Shown: positions 41,577 to 51,852, counted from the first letter of the stretch. The stretch is DNA of 64,000 bases from Candidatus Heimdallarchaeum endolithica (GCA_021513715.1 CP084167.1:1312001-1376000), one strand, 5' to 3'. Notes: generated by a model from the letters alone, not told the origin. Numbers and translations are program-made.

Positions 41577-42227
41577 CATATCTTCAACATCTAATAGAAA
41601 GACAGCAATAATATTAACAATCAGAACTATTTTTTGTGTTAAAGGCACTGAATAGTCTGGAATAGAGACCCCTACACGATCAAGGATAAATGTTAGTATA
41701 TGTAGAATCACTACTGCAAAGACAATAAAAACGAAAACTACATCAAAGCTTATATGTATCTTTCCTCTGTGCTTATCTTCTTTTCTCATTCTAAAGAATC
41801 TAAGAGCTTGACAATCAAAATCTAATCCCCCAAAACTTATTACAAAAGTAAAAGCCCCGATATAATGAAGGAAGTACAGACTAGAATGATCATAAGGGAT
41901 AGCTATTCCTGCTGCACCAATTGAGAGAATTAGTGTCCATGTAGCTTTTCTAAATCGATAAGTAAGCTCTTCTGTGACCAAGTAATCGATAAATATCGAG
42001 AATGAAATAACAGAAATAAGACTAAAACCTATAGTCATTATCAAAGAAGAGATACTATTTGAAATACCTGTTTCACTATTGATTCCTCCAAGATTGCTTA
42101 TTGCCTCGTTAAAGAAATCATAAGGTTCAGGATAGAAAAACCATGCTAAACCAATAGTAACAATAATTACTATGGCTATAGCCCAAATCAACCAACGAAC
42201 TATTTTTTGCTTATTCATAGAATTCAT
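41571..42227 (-). CDS. Multi-pass membrane protein (DUF998-like); stop codon now supplied by the element
   Basis: ISNLG motif, several TMs, H..GA. Original end was ...EDM-TAA (TAA at 41201-41203); now ...EDMS-TGA. Confidence 0.75.
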   Translation of the reverse strand: MNSMNKQKIVRWLIWAIAIVIIVTIGLAWFFYPEPYDFFNEAISNLGGINSETGISNSISSLIMTIGFSLISVISFSIFIDYLVTEELTYRFRKATWTLILSIGAAGIAIPYDHSSLYFLHYIGAFTFVISFGGLDFDCQALRFFRMRKEDKHRGKIHISFDVVFVFIVFAVVILHILTFILDRVGVSIPDYSVPLTQKIVLIVNIIAVFLLDVEDMS

Positions 42228-42330
42228 AAGAAATTGTCACTTCAGAGTTTAAAATTTTATTGCATAAGTTTCAATCATTTCATTAATTCTGTGAATTAAA
42301 TTTATTAAGTACAAATTATTCTTTGAATTA

Positions 42331-43224
42331 ATGAAACAAACCTTTCAAAGGTATCCTGATTTAGAATCATATTTAGAAAGAACTGCACATGCAATCATTT
42401 CTCTTGTTGAAACTTATTCAGTGCTATCTTATGGTTGCTTAACTCTTGATGATTTTTCAAAAAAATATAGTACAATCGAGCTAATTACTATCCTTAAGAA
42501 AGGATTATGGGAGCAAGACTACGATAAAATTTCAGAAATTGTTGATTTTATACATTCAATAAATAAAGAATATGCAGAAAAAACTTTGATTTATTTTTTA
42601 CCTTTAGAAATGATAGAAAATCCGAGAGTGAAATTTGATAACTTGGAGGGTATGAAGATTCATGGAAATAAGGAAGAAATAATAACAACCTACCCTCTTT
42701 CTTCAGTAGAGGATTTCTTAGTTAGAGAAAAAGGAGAAACAATTGCAGGCGCAGAGATGAAAGAACTCTTCCCTTTACCGCCCACAGAATTTTTTTGGAA
42801 TGAATTTGTCGAAAATATTCCTTTGATAGAAAAATGGACAAAGGAGTATCCTTTTCAGCATGCTGCAAATCCAGATTATTTTAAAGCTGTAAACAGGTTG
42901 CTTTATTTTCCTAGGTTACTTTATTCAATAAAAGAAAAAGGAGTCATAGGGAAAACTAAAGTTGTATACTGGTTTTCTTCTGAATTTCATAACAATATAA
43001 GCGATTTTGTTGTTGAACTAGGTGTTAGCAGGAAAAAAGACTTACCTTTAGTAAATATTCTAGATGTTGAAGAAAAGAGTATGAAACTATTAGACTTTTG
43101 TATGAAAGAGATACTCACATCACATAAAGTCAAATATAACGGAATAAGCAATCTCATTATAAAAAAAGAAGATTCTTATGATTATTCTAGGTTTTTTATG
43201 GAAATCAGAAATTTGTTGATATAG
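42331..43224 (+). CDS. Degenerate nucleotidyltransferase-like protein
   Basis: YGCLTLDDF...STIEL resembles YGS..GDF...SDID of aminoglycoside nucleotidyltransferase-like proteins; RLLYS...K in the C-domain. Confidence 0.5.
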   Translation: MKQTFQRYPDLESYLERTAHAIISLVETYSVLSYGCLTLDDFSKKYSTIELITILKKGLWEQDYDKISEIVDFIHSINKEYAEKTLIYFLPLEMIENPRVKFDNLEGMKIHGNKEEIITTYPLSSVEDFLVREKGETIAGAEMKELFPLPPTEFFWNEFVENIPLIEKWTKEYPFQHAANPDYFKAVNRLLYFPRLLYSIKEKGVIGKTKVVYWFSSEFHNNISDFVVELGVSRKKDLPLVNILDVEEKSMKLLDFCMKEILTSHKVKYNGISNLIIKKEDSYDYSRFFMEIRNLLI

Positions 43225-43411
43225 AATAATCAAAAAATTTCCTAATTTGCATTATATCTAAAAATTAAGAAAACTATTCCTTAAAAAAAATAACCTCTTG
43301 AAATGAGAAAAAAACGGACTATTCTCCTTTAGAGAGGTTGTATACTCAAGATAATAGTAAAATTTATAAAAAAGATTCTTTTTTTTTAATTGATATAAGA
43401 AAGGAAATCCT

Positions 43412-44971
43412 ATGTTATCAAAAAATATTTTCTTGAAAAGAGAAATGTTTAACAAAAACTTGACCGATTTATTTAACTTTGCTGAAATTGGTTTATACAG
43501 AATAGCTATAAAGCCAAAAATCGAGATCTTATTTTGCAATGAAGTGATTAAGAATATTCTCGGAATTCATTATGAAAAAATTATAAATGACCCCTTAAAA
43601 ATCAAAGATTTTCTATCTAAATCTTCTATTCATAAAATTAAAAAAAGTTTAAAAACTAAAGCAGATTTTAATGAGATATTTTTAGAATGGGAGATAGACA
43701 AAGAAAAAATAATTTTGAGACATATCAATCATTTTGAATATACTGACTCAGGTGAAATTAAAGAAATTTTTGGCATGACACTAAATGAAACAGTTAATGT
43801 TCGATTATTAAATGAACTTGAAGATAATGAGAAAAGTTTGAAGATTCTAAACGAGCTTTCTTTAATCGAAAATAAAGCAAGAACAAAAGAGGAATATTTT
43901 CAATTTATGCTTGATTTATTAATAACTAAATTTAAATTTAATACAGGATGTGTGTATAAAAAATCTAATTATAACTCTGAATTTATTTTAGTTTATGAAT
44001 ATAATTCTACAAAATACTTTAACAACTTTTCATTTAGCAGTCATGATAAAAAGAGTAAAGGTTTAAACAAATTTTATTTTACAAATAAAATACAAAAAGA
44101 TAGTTTTAATGATACCAACAGAATTTTTAATATAACTAACTCTAAATTCAAGTTTTTTGTTTCTATCCCTATTATCTTTTCAAATTATCAATATGGTTTA
44201 GTTCTTTTAGTTGCAAATAGAAGAAATGTTTTATTCAAGCCAACATCAAAAGTAGAATTTTTGAAGAAAATTCAATACTGCATTTCTTCTGCAATTATGC
44301 GATATATCCTTTCAGAGAATTTAATTTTACTAAATAGAAAAACAGCTGATATTAACAAAGAATTAGTAGAATTTAATGAAACTGTTAGTCATGATATAAA
44401 AAATGGTCTATCATCTATAATTGGTTTTCTTGAGCTCTATGAATTGAAAAAGAATAGAGAGTTTTTAGACAAAGTTTATTCAAAAATTGAGTATTTAACT
44501 AAAATACTTGAGAAAAATCTTGAATTAGCAAAAGCTGGTTACTCTGCTAAATTAAGAAAAGTTAAAAATTTTGAAGAGGTTATCAAAGAAGTTGCTGAAA
44601 CCACCATTCCACATGGAATTGAGTATATTCAAGAAAATTTCACTATTGATCTCTTTTGTGATGAAGAAAAAATCAGACAAGTATTCACAAACATCTTTAA
44701 TAACGCAGTTAAACATGGGAATCCAACAAAAATAATAGTTGAATTTATTGAAAGAAAAACAGAAGTATTGTTTATTGTCTCAAATAACGGAAAATCCATC
44801 CCTGAAGAGAATATGAGATTAATTTTCGATCATGGTTTTTCTACAAATGGTGATAGCACAGGTCTTGGTTTATCCATAGTAAAGAAGATTTTAGAAACAC
44901 ATAGTGGGACAATTACTGTTGAGTCTTCTCCAGAGAGGACTTCTTTCATCATTTGTTTACCCAAACAATAG
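43412..44971 (+). CDS. Sensor histidine kinase (GAF-HisKA-HATPase)
   Basis: VSHDIKN, NIFNNAVKH, NNGKSI, TGLGLSIVKKI. Confidence 0.92.
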   Translation: MLSKNIFLKREMFNKNLTDLFNFAEIGLYRIAIKPKIEILFCNEVIKNILGIHYEKIINDPLKIKDFLSKSSIHKIKKSLKTKADFNEIFLEWEIDKEKIILRHINHFEYTDSGEIKEIFGMTLNETVNVRLLNELEDNEKSLKILNELSLIENKARTKEEYFQFMLDLLITKFKFNTGCVYKKSNYNSEFILVYEYNSTKYFNNFSFSSHDKKSKGLNKFYFTNKIQKDSFNDTNRIFNITNSKFKFFVSIPIIFSNYQYGLVLLVANRRNVLFKPTSKVEFLKKIQYCISSAIMRYILSENLILLNRKTADINKELVEFNETVSHDIKNGLSSIIGFLELYELKKNREFLDKVYSKIEYLTKILEKNLELAKAGYSAKLRKVKNFEEVIKEVAETTIPHGIEYIQENFTIDLFCDEEKIRQVFTNIFNNAVKHGNPTKIIVEFIERKTEVLFIVSNNGKSIPEENMRLIFDHGFSTNGDSTGLGLSIVKKILETHSGTITVESSPERTSFIICLPKQ

Positions 44972-45090
44972 ATTGGTTTTTCAAACTATGAGAGACTTTT
45001 ATTCATCCTTAGAATTTTATATCACCATTTATTAACATAAGTTTAAAAAGTACGAAGTAAAGAATGTAATAGAAAAAATATGAGGTAATA

Positions 45091-46083
45091 ATGATGCCAG
45101 AAGTTATAGATTGGTTAACTGGAAAGGGAGATGAAGTCATCTTTAGACACCCTCGGACAGAAATAAATTGGGGAGATACTGTTAATGTTCTTCCTAATCA
45201 ATTAGCGATTTTTATTAAAGATGCTAAAGTTTACGATGTTTTAGAACCAGGAAGACACTTGATGAAAACTCAAAATATTCCACTTTTAACAAGAGCCCTT
45301 TCTGCTATTGTAGGATACGATAAGAATCCATTCCATTGCAGCGTAATTTTTGTTAATATGAGCCAGTTCCAAGGAAAATTTGGAGGAAGAAGTCAAACTA
45401 AAGAGCTTGCTCCACTACAATTCTTTGGAGACTATTTCTGGAAAATTAAAGATCCAAATCTCTTTGCTTTTGAGATTGCAGGAAATAGAAATATTTTCAC
45501 TACTGCTTCTTTTAATGAATTTTTCAGAAATTTCTTTGTACAAGAGATTATGTCAGTATTGGCAGAAAAAAGTATAGTAGACATTCTTCAAGATCTTGAG
45601 TTAACAAGCAATGCAGTTGAAGATGCTGTTGCTCCTGAACTTGAAAAACTAGGAATAGAGTTGCTCAACTTAAAATTTGGTGGAATTGATACAACACCAG
45701 AATACAGAGACAGATTGTTCTGGATGAGAGCAGGTGTTGCACCAGAAAAAATACAACAATACTCTGGGATGGCTAAAGTTGCTGAAAAGTTACCAGAAGG
45801 TGGAGGAGGAGGACTTGCAGGAGCAGTTGTAATGAACAATCTTTTCAGCCAAAATCAAGTCCAAAAAGCGGAAGAAATTAAATCTAGTGGAAATGTGGAA
45901 GAAGCATTTTTAACTTGTAATCAATGTGGAGCAACGTTTTCACCTTCAGCGAAATTCTGTCCTCAATGTGGAGATCCTACAGATGATGAGAAAAAAGGCA
46001 AAGTAAAATTTTGTCCTAACTGCGGTGCTCAAGCTAGTCCAACTGCGAAATTCTGTGGTTCATGTGGTTTCAAACTCAAGTAA
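45091..46083 (+). CDS. SPFH/band-7 protein (YdjI-like) with C-terminal double zinc ribbons
   Basis: PGRH..TQNIPLL SPFH motif; CNQCG..KFCPQCG..KFCPNCG..KFCGSCG. Confidence 0.88.
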   Translation: MMPEVIDWLTGKGDEVIFRHPRTEINWGDTVNVLPNQLAIFIKDAKVYDVLEPGRHLMKTQNIPLLTRALSAIVGYDKNPFHCSVIFVNMSQFQGKFGGRSQTKELAPLQFFGDYFWKIKDPNLFAFEIAGNRNIFTTASFNEFFRNFFVQEIMSVLAEKSIVDILQDLELTSNAVEDAVAPELEKLGIELLNLKFGGIDTTPEYRDRLFWMRAGVAPEKIQQYSGMAKVAEKLPEGGGGGLAGAVVMNNLFSQNQVQKAEEIKSSGNVEEAFLTCNQCGATFSPSAKFCPQCGDPTDDEKKGKVKFCPNCGAQASPTAKFCGSCGFKLK

Positions 46084-46122
46084 CCAAATAATTATAATTT
46101 ACTTTTCTTATCTTTTTTAGAC

Positions 46123-47137
46123 TGTATACTCCACTCACATTGGTAACAAATAAATAGAAGTGGGTTACGTGGGTAAGTGATTAAATATGAATAAGACCGA
46201 ACGTAACCTGGAGAAACTAAGAAAAATTGTAGTTAAAAAAGCTTTGGATGGAGAGAAGATAAAAGAGATAGCTCACAAGTATATGGTGAGTAGGAAGTTT
46301 GTGTATAAGTGGTTGAAGAGGTTCAGAGAGAACCCTGAAGGAGAATGGTGGAAAGATAGATCCTCCAGACCAAAAACTATACACAGGAAAGTGGATGAGG
46401 AGTTAAAAGAGAGGATAAGGGAGTTAAGAATAAAACAAGGAATGAATGTGGAGAAGATAGCTTATTTGTTGAAGAGAGAAGGAAAAGCACTCTCTCAGAC
46501 GACAGTGACGAAAGTAATAAAAGAGTTAGGTCTTCCTTTATGGGTCAATAGAAAAAAGAGGAAGAGACCTCGATACAAGAGTTTTGAACGTCAAAAACCT
46601 AACGAACTCTGGCAAATAGATGTGAAAGGACCATTCTGGGTAGAAGAACAGGGACAACATCTCCATCTCATAACCTTGATAGACGACCACTCACGATTCT
46701 GTCTGGGAGCTAAATTCCACCCTTTTGCACCAAAAAAAGAGCAGATAATAAATCTACTAGAGGAAGCAATAAAAGAGTACGGTTACCCCGAGTCTATCCT
46801 CACGGACAATGGAGCACTCTTCTCTTCCGTTAGAGGAGGAACAAGTACCTTCTCCCGTTGGTGTCAAACAGAAGGAATAAAACACATCAGAGCTAGAGTT
46901 TTTCACCCCGAAACATGTGGAAAAGTAGAAAGACTACATGGGACCCAACAATCATCCGTGAGATGGAAAGATTAGGTCTAAAATACTGCAACGCAGATCT
47001 CTCCTACTACCGCTCTTACTACAATTTTAGTCGTCCTCACCAATCTCTTAACTTCCTCACCCCAGGAGAAAGATTTATGAATCACCCCTATGTTTCTCTA
47101 GTACCCAAAAGTGTAACCCAAGTCTATTGAGTAAACA
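46123..47137 (+). mobile_element. IS481-like insertion sequence, 1015 bp, 16-bp target duplication
   Basis: TGT...ACA ends; 26-bp imperfect TIR (18/26); CTTATCTTTTTTAGAC at 46107-46122 and 47138-47153. Confidence 0.92.
46187..47130 (+). pseudogene. IS481-family transposase, frameshifted near 46945
   Basis: HTH then WQIDVK, IDDHSRF, TDNG, GKVER. C-terminal YYNFSRPHQSLNFLTP lies in another frame. Confidence 0.85.
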
Positions 47138-47233
47138 CTTATCTTTTTTAGACAAAAAAATTTTTCTTCATTACAAGTAAATAGTTTGAAAATTTATTTC
47201 TAAAAAAAAAGATGACAAAAAAATGTGGGAAAA

Positions 47234-49045
47234 TTATAAAGTAAAAGTGAAGTCTTCCCAACCATCTAATTCTTCTATATAGAACGAAAAAGTGAACGTT
47301 TTTCCAACTACTTTATCATTCTCCTCAAACAGTATATTCAATTTAATTGATTGGCCGCTAGTTATAACTACACCTAAACCATCTCTAACAGGATGTTCTA
47401 CGTCTTCATCATATGGAGAGCTTGAACCATCCAACCATGTAACATCAGTACTATCAGTAATTTCATATACATCTGTTATTTGGGTGTCAGGGCTCCATGA
47501 AAACTTTATTTTTGTTACTGTTACATCTGTTAAGAGCATATTTTCCATGTAGAACCATACTTCTCCTCTTGAATAGAATAGGCCCAAAATTCTTTCACCA
47601 TCTTTACCTCCTTCTCCAGAGAATGTAAATACAACATTCTCTATTGAGATAAAGATTTCATCATAGTTGGAATTACCTGGGTTTCCAGTATCATCATATA
47701 CTATCACTGTCATTGAATAGTTACCATCAGCAAGTTGATAAGTATTAAATTCTAGTGTCCATTTCTTTGTGTTAGTGTTATAAGTAGCGTCAATATCTCC
47801 ATCAACTAGTTCAAATGAGAAAGTATAACCTGTAAAATTCATAAATACTATATCAAAGTAATTCTCGTTTATCCCTGATGGGTCTGATGCATATACTTCA
47901 ATTGTTATAGTAGCAGATAAATCCCAAGATTCATTTGCTGGAGTAATTATATTGACTGTTGGTCCATTATTGTCCTCTAGATTAAACGATCTTCCAGCAA
48001 TATTTACATTACCTGCTTCATCCACAACACGTAAGGTGAAAGTATATTGATCTTCTGGGAGATTAGATGTTTCTGTTCCTGACATAATATATTCTCTTGT
48101 GGTTTTTGTTATTCCTTCGATTGTTGTACCAGCAGAAGGATAGATATCTCCTTCTATAATTAGTTCTTGTAGATATAACCCTGCTCCATCAATGGTAAGA
48201 ACCCAAGACACGTTTACTGCTTGCCCCTGATTTACTGTGATAATACCTGATGTTGTATCATTCAGATATAGAGTTATCCCTATTGCATTATTATCTATTC
48301 CAAATAAATAGGTCTGCTCTATTGACTGATTGAGTGTATCATTTGTCTTAAACACTAATTTATAGTCATTGTCATCTGGATATAGACTAGTATTGATGTT
48401 TTGAGTTATATCTTGGTCTAGAGCAATTGCTGTATCATCAGGATAATAGAAGTCATAAGTTACTGCAGAAGCTTTAAATCCTCCCGTAGATACTGCTTGA
48501 GGATCAAGTATTCCACTTGTCCAACTATTATTTACTGGATTTATAACTGTTAAACTTAATGGTTCAATAGTATTAACATACTTCAAGTTATCTTCAGCAA
48601 GTACAAAAGAACCATCAATTAATGTTACTCTTATGCGGAAAGTATTGTCTCCCAATCTTATTAAAGGAACAGGGTTGAACGATACTGCTATATCAATTCG
48701 CTCTGAGACATCTACTTCTAAGGGATAAACTGCTCCAACAAGAGACGAACTATTTACATAAGCGTTACTATATTCAATATTTTGTATTGTAATATTTATT
48801 TTAGATATGACTGCCTGAGCAGTTCCTGTATTTTGCAATGTGATGTAAGTTATATCTACTGCGTCATCTGAGTTAGTATCAAACCATTGGGCAGTGATTA
48901 TAGAAATAGACGCGCTTCCTTGTATCATTGGGACAACTAAGAAATAGACCAGTGAACCAGCTACAACTACTAAACTAATAAGCAAAATTGTTGCAATGAC
49001 AGGAGAAACAGCTTTTCTTCTTTTTAATAATTTTATAAGCTTCAA
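47234..49045 (-). CDS. Type IV pilin/archaellin-signal protein with Ig-like domains
   Basis: Class III signal peptide RRKA|VSPVIATILLI; beta-rich repeats (VVDEAGN, ASDPSGI, DGNYSMTV). Confidence 0.85.
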   Translation of the reverse strand: MKLIKLLKRRKAVSPVIATILLISLVVVAGSLVYFLVVPMIQGSASISIITAQWFDTNSDDAVDITYITLQNTGTAQAVISKINITIQNIEYSNAYVNSSSLVGAVYPLEVDVSERIDIAVSFNPVPLIRLGDNTFRIRVTLIDGSFVLAEDNLKYVNTIEPLSLTVINPVNNSWTSGILDPQAVSTGGFKASAVTYDFYYPDDTAIALDQDITQNINTSLYPDDNDYKLVFKTNDTLNQSIEQTYLFGIDNNAIGITLYLNDTTSGIITVNQGQAVNVSWVLTIDGAGLYLQELIIEGDIYPSAGTTIEGITKTTREYIMSGTETSNLPEDQYTFTLRVVDEAGNVNIAGRSFNLEDNNGPTVNIITPANESWDLSATITIEVYASDPSGINENYFDIVFMNFTGYTFSFELVDGDIDATYNTNTKKWTLEFNTYQLADGNYSMTVIVYDDTGNPGNSNYDEIFISIENVVFTFSGEGGKDGERILGLFYSRGEVWFYMENMLLTDVTVTKIKFSWSPDTQITDVYEITDSTDVTWLDGSSSPYDEDVEHPVRDGLGVVITSGQSIKLNILFEENDKVVGKTFTFSFYIEELDGWEDFTFTL

Positions 49046-49186
49046 TTTTATTTACCTCTTTCAATACTATATTTTTCTCTACCTATATGATTTATTTTAC
49101 TCTATATATATTTTAGCCTAAATTAGAGATTCTAAATATTAGTTTATTATTAATCCTTATAAGTAGTATTTTCGTGCTAGTACATA

Positions 49187-49951
49187 ATGAAAAATGAAAA
49201 CTTTTTTCCCACAATTCAATCAGCAATCGATTATGATAATTTTATTAATTGGAATAAAAGGTTAGAAAGAGAAATTCCCTTCCTTTTGAGGTTTTTAGAA
49301 AATGGGACTATATTAGATATCGCTTGTGGTTCTGGAAGACACGCTATAGTTCTTTCAGAAAAAGGATTTAAAGTTGTAGGGATTGATTACTCTGAAAATA
49401 TTATCAAAATTGCCAATGATATTTCAAAAAATGTAAATAATGTTGAGTTTTTTGTTGTTGACGCCACAAGTTCAAAATTAAAGGATTTTTTCTTAAGTAA
49501 AGGAAATAAATCCTTTGATAATACCATAATTTTAGGAAATTCTATTGCAAATATGGGGAGTTTAGAAAAAGCAAAAAAAGTTATTGAAAACATTTATAGT
49601 ATTTTAAAAGAAGGAGGTAAATTTATCACACAAACGATAAATAGACCAATAGAACCTTACTTTTTACCTTTAAGGAAACTTAAAAGAGGTATAATGCAAA
49701 GAATAATGTTTCCAATTTCAAATTTTCAAGAAGAATATAATGTTGAGTTACATTTCAAGTTAATTGATACATACAATCTTTCTTATTTAGAAACAAAGAT
49801 AGATAGACTTTACATGTTTTCTGCTAAAGAATTCGAAAAATTAGTGGAAAGTGTAGGTTTCAAAGTTATCAAAAAATTCAGTGGATTTAACTATGAGCCT
49901 TTCTCTTCTGAGGAAACAAAAACTGTTGTTTGGATTTTTGAGAAGAACTAA
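49187..49951 (+). CDS. Class I SAM-dependent methyltransferase
   Basis: LDIACGSGRH, GIDYS, LGNS, LKEGG. Confidence 0.92.
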   Translation: MKNENFFPTIQSAIDYDNFINWNKRLEREIPFLLRFLENGTILDIACGSGRHAIVLSEKGFKVVGIDYSENIIKIANDISKNVNNVEFFVVDATSSKLKDFFLSKGNKSFDNTIILGNSIANMGSLEKAKKVIENIYSILKEGGKFITQTINRPIEPYFLPLRKLKRGIMQRIMFPISNFQEEYNVELHFKLIDTYNLSYLETKIDRLYMFSAKEFEKLVESVGFKVIKKFSGFNYEPFSSEETKTVVWIFEKN

Positions 49952-50008
49952 TTAATAGTCAAATCAATTAACTTAAAAGAGCATTGAAATTTATTCAATT
50001 GAAAAAAA

Positions 50009-50659
50009 ATGACTCAAGAAAAAAAAGTTTCTGTAAAGAAAAAAGCGTATGTTTTAAACGATGAACTTGCAGATAAAATTCGTCAAGAGATGAAAGCTAA
50101 AAATAAACGCTTTTTCAATGTAATGGGTTCTATTGGAGCAGGAAAAACTGCTATTCTTGAACAAATAGCTGAAAAGTTATCTAAAAAATATAAAGTATTT
50201 GTTATTAACGGAGATGTAGCAACCACAATTGATGCAGATAGAATCGCAGAGCATGGTGCAAAAACAGTTCAAATTAATACTGGAGGAGGTTGTCATCTCA
50301 ACGCTCAACTTATTCAAAATGAACTTTCTAAGATTAATATTGACGATTACGACATTTTCTTTGCAGAGAATGTAGGCAACTTAATCTGTCCAGCTAATTG
50401 GGATGTTGGTGCAGAACTAAACATAGTAGTAGTAAGCATTACAGAGGGACAATATGTTGTTAAAAAGCACCCTATTATGTTTAAAGGAGCTGATATTGCT
50501 CTTATAAATAAATGTGACCTTAACATACCTGGCTTTGATGCTGATACTCTTGTAAAAGACTGTTCTATGATTAAATCTGATATGAAGGTACTTAAAACAA
50601 GCGCTGTGACTGGAGAAGGAATAGAAGAGTTAATTGCCACTTTAGGTATAGAATTATAA
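50009..50659 (+). CDS. hypB: Hydrogenase nickel-incorporation GTPase HypB
   Basis: GAGKT, TGGGCHL, ENVGNLICP, NKCD, SAVTGEG. Confidence 0.95.
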   Translation: MTQEKKVSVKKKAYVLNDELADKIRQEMKAKNKRFFNVMGSIGAGKTAILEQIAEKLSKKYKVFVINGDVATTIDADRIAEHGAKTVQINTGGGCHLNAQLIQNELSKINIDDYDIFFAENVGNLICPANWDVGAELNIVVVSITEGQYVVKKHPIMFKGADIALINKCDLNIPGFDADTLVKDCSMIKSDMKVLKTSAVTGEGIEELIATLGIEL

Positions 50660-50672
50660 AGGGATAATATAA

Positions 50673-51089
50673 ATGCATGAATATAGCTTAGCATCTGCAA
50701 TAGTTGAACAAGTTGAAAAAATAGCTTTAGAACACAAAGCTGTAAAAGTCAAGAAAATAATAGTTTCTGCAAGTCCTTATGAACTTATTATTCCTGAGCT
50801 TTTGTATGGTGCATATGAAATCATTGTTTCAGAAAATGAAATGTTTAAAGGTTCAACTTTAGAATATATAGTACAAAAAGCTGAAATTACTTGTTTAGAC
50901 TGTGGTTATCAAGGAGAACCTGATGAAGAAGGAGATCCTGAATTTGCATATAATTTCAAGTGTCCTAAATGCGGAGGAAGAGATACACACATTAACATGA
51001 AGAGTATGGTCATTGAATCAATTGATCTTGAAATCCCTTCAGAAACAGAAGAACAAGAGAAGAAAAAAGAAGAGAATATTGTTAATTAA
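50673..51089 (+). CDS. hypA: Hydrogenase nickel chaperone HypA
   Basis: MHE N-terminus; CLDC..CPKC. Confidence 0.95.
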   Translation: MHEYSLASAIVEQVEKIALEHKAVKVKKIIVSASPYELIIPELLYGAYEIIVSENEMFKGSTLEYIVQKAEITCLDCGYQGEPDEEGDPEFAYNFKCPKCGGRDTHINMKSMVIESIDLEIPSETEEQEKKKEENIVN

Positions 51090-51852
51090 AATAGATAAAA
51101 CGTAGAACAGCTCTAGCTGAAGTTGTTATTTCCTCTTTAAGATCAATTTTTTCTTTTTTAATAAAATAGTCTAAAGAATTGATTGCTTTTTTGTGAACTT
51201 TATAAGGAACACTCCAAAATCTAGAAAGAACTTGATCTTTTATTATTGTGTAGATTTTCTCCAACCTTAATTTAGCACTAATTTCTTTGTTTTTTATTAG
51301 TTGTGCGCCCCATTTTTCTAGTTTTTCTTCTATTTTATCGATAGAATTGCATGATATAAAACAATTATTTTTTTCTAGTTCATTTATATAATAGGCAACA
51401 ATAACGTTATCATACAAACTTGTGTATAAATCTCCAATACAAACATGCTTTGAAACTGCTTTTAACTGTGTATAAAACTTCGTGATTGGCTTAACAAACT
51501 GTATAGTATGTATCATCGAGACCAAGTCAAAAGAATGGATGAAAGGTATTTCTAAAGCATTAGCCACACAAGTGTAAACAGTTCTATTTCTTTCTTTAGC
51601 AACTTTCAACATTTCTTTATTTATATCAATCCCGTACAATTCTACATTTTTTGACCAAAGAGAAAGTTCTGCTCTTCCTGTTCCTATTCCAATACTTAAT
51701 AGAGAATATCTTTTCTTTTCTCCACAATTAGTTTTCAAATAATTAGTGACTTCATTTCTAAAAAAAAGTAAAAGTTCTACTGGTACAGGACGAGTTTCGT
51801 CATATACAGACGCTATTTGATTAAATTTATGTGAATTCATTTCTTTTCCCAA
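51082..51852 (-). CDS. Class I SAM-dependent methyltransferase
   Basis: YDETR, IGIGTGR, GIDINKEML. Confidence 0.82.
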   Translation of the reverse strand: MGKEMNSHKFNQIASVYDETRPVPVELLLFFRNEVTNYLKTNCGEKKRYSLLSIGIGTGRAELSLWSKNVELYGIDINKEMLKVAKERNRTVYTCVANALEIPFIHSFDLVSMIHTIQFVKPITKFYTQLKAVSKHVCIGDLYTSLYDNVIVAYYINELEKNNCFISCNSIDKIEEKLEKWGAQLIKNKEISAKLRLEKIYTIIKDQVLSRFWSVPYKVHKKAINSLDYFIKKEKIDLKEEITTSARAVLRFIYFN

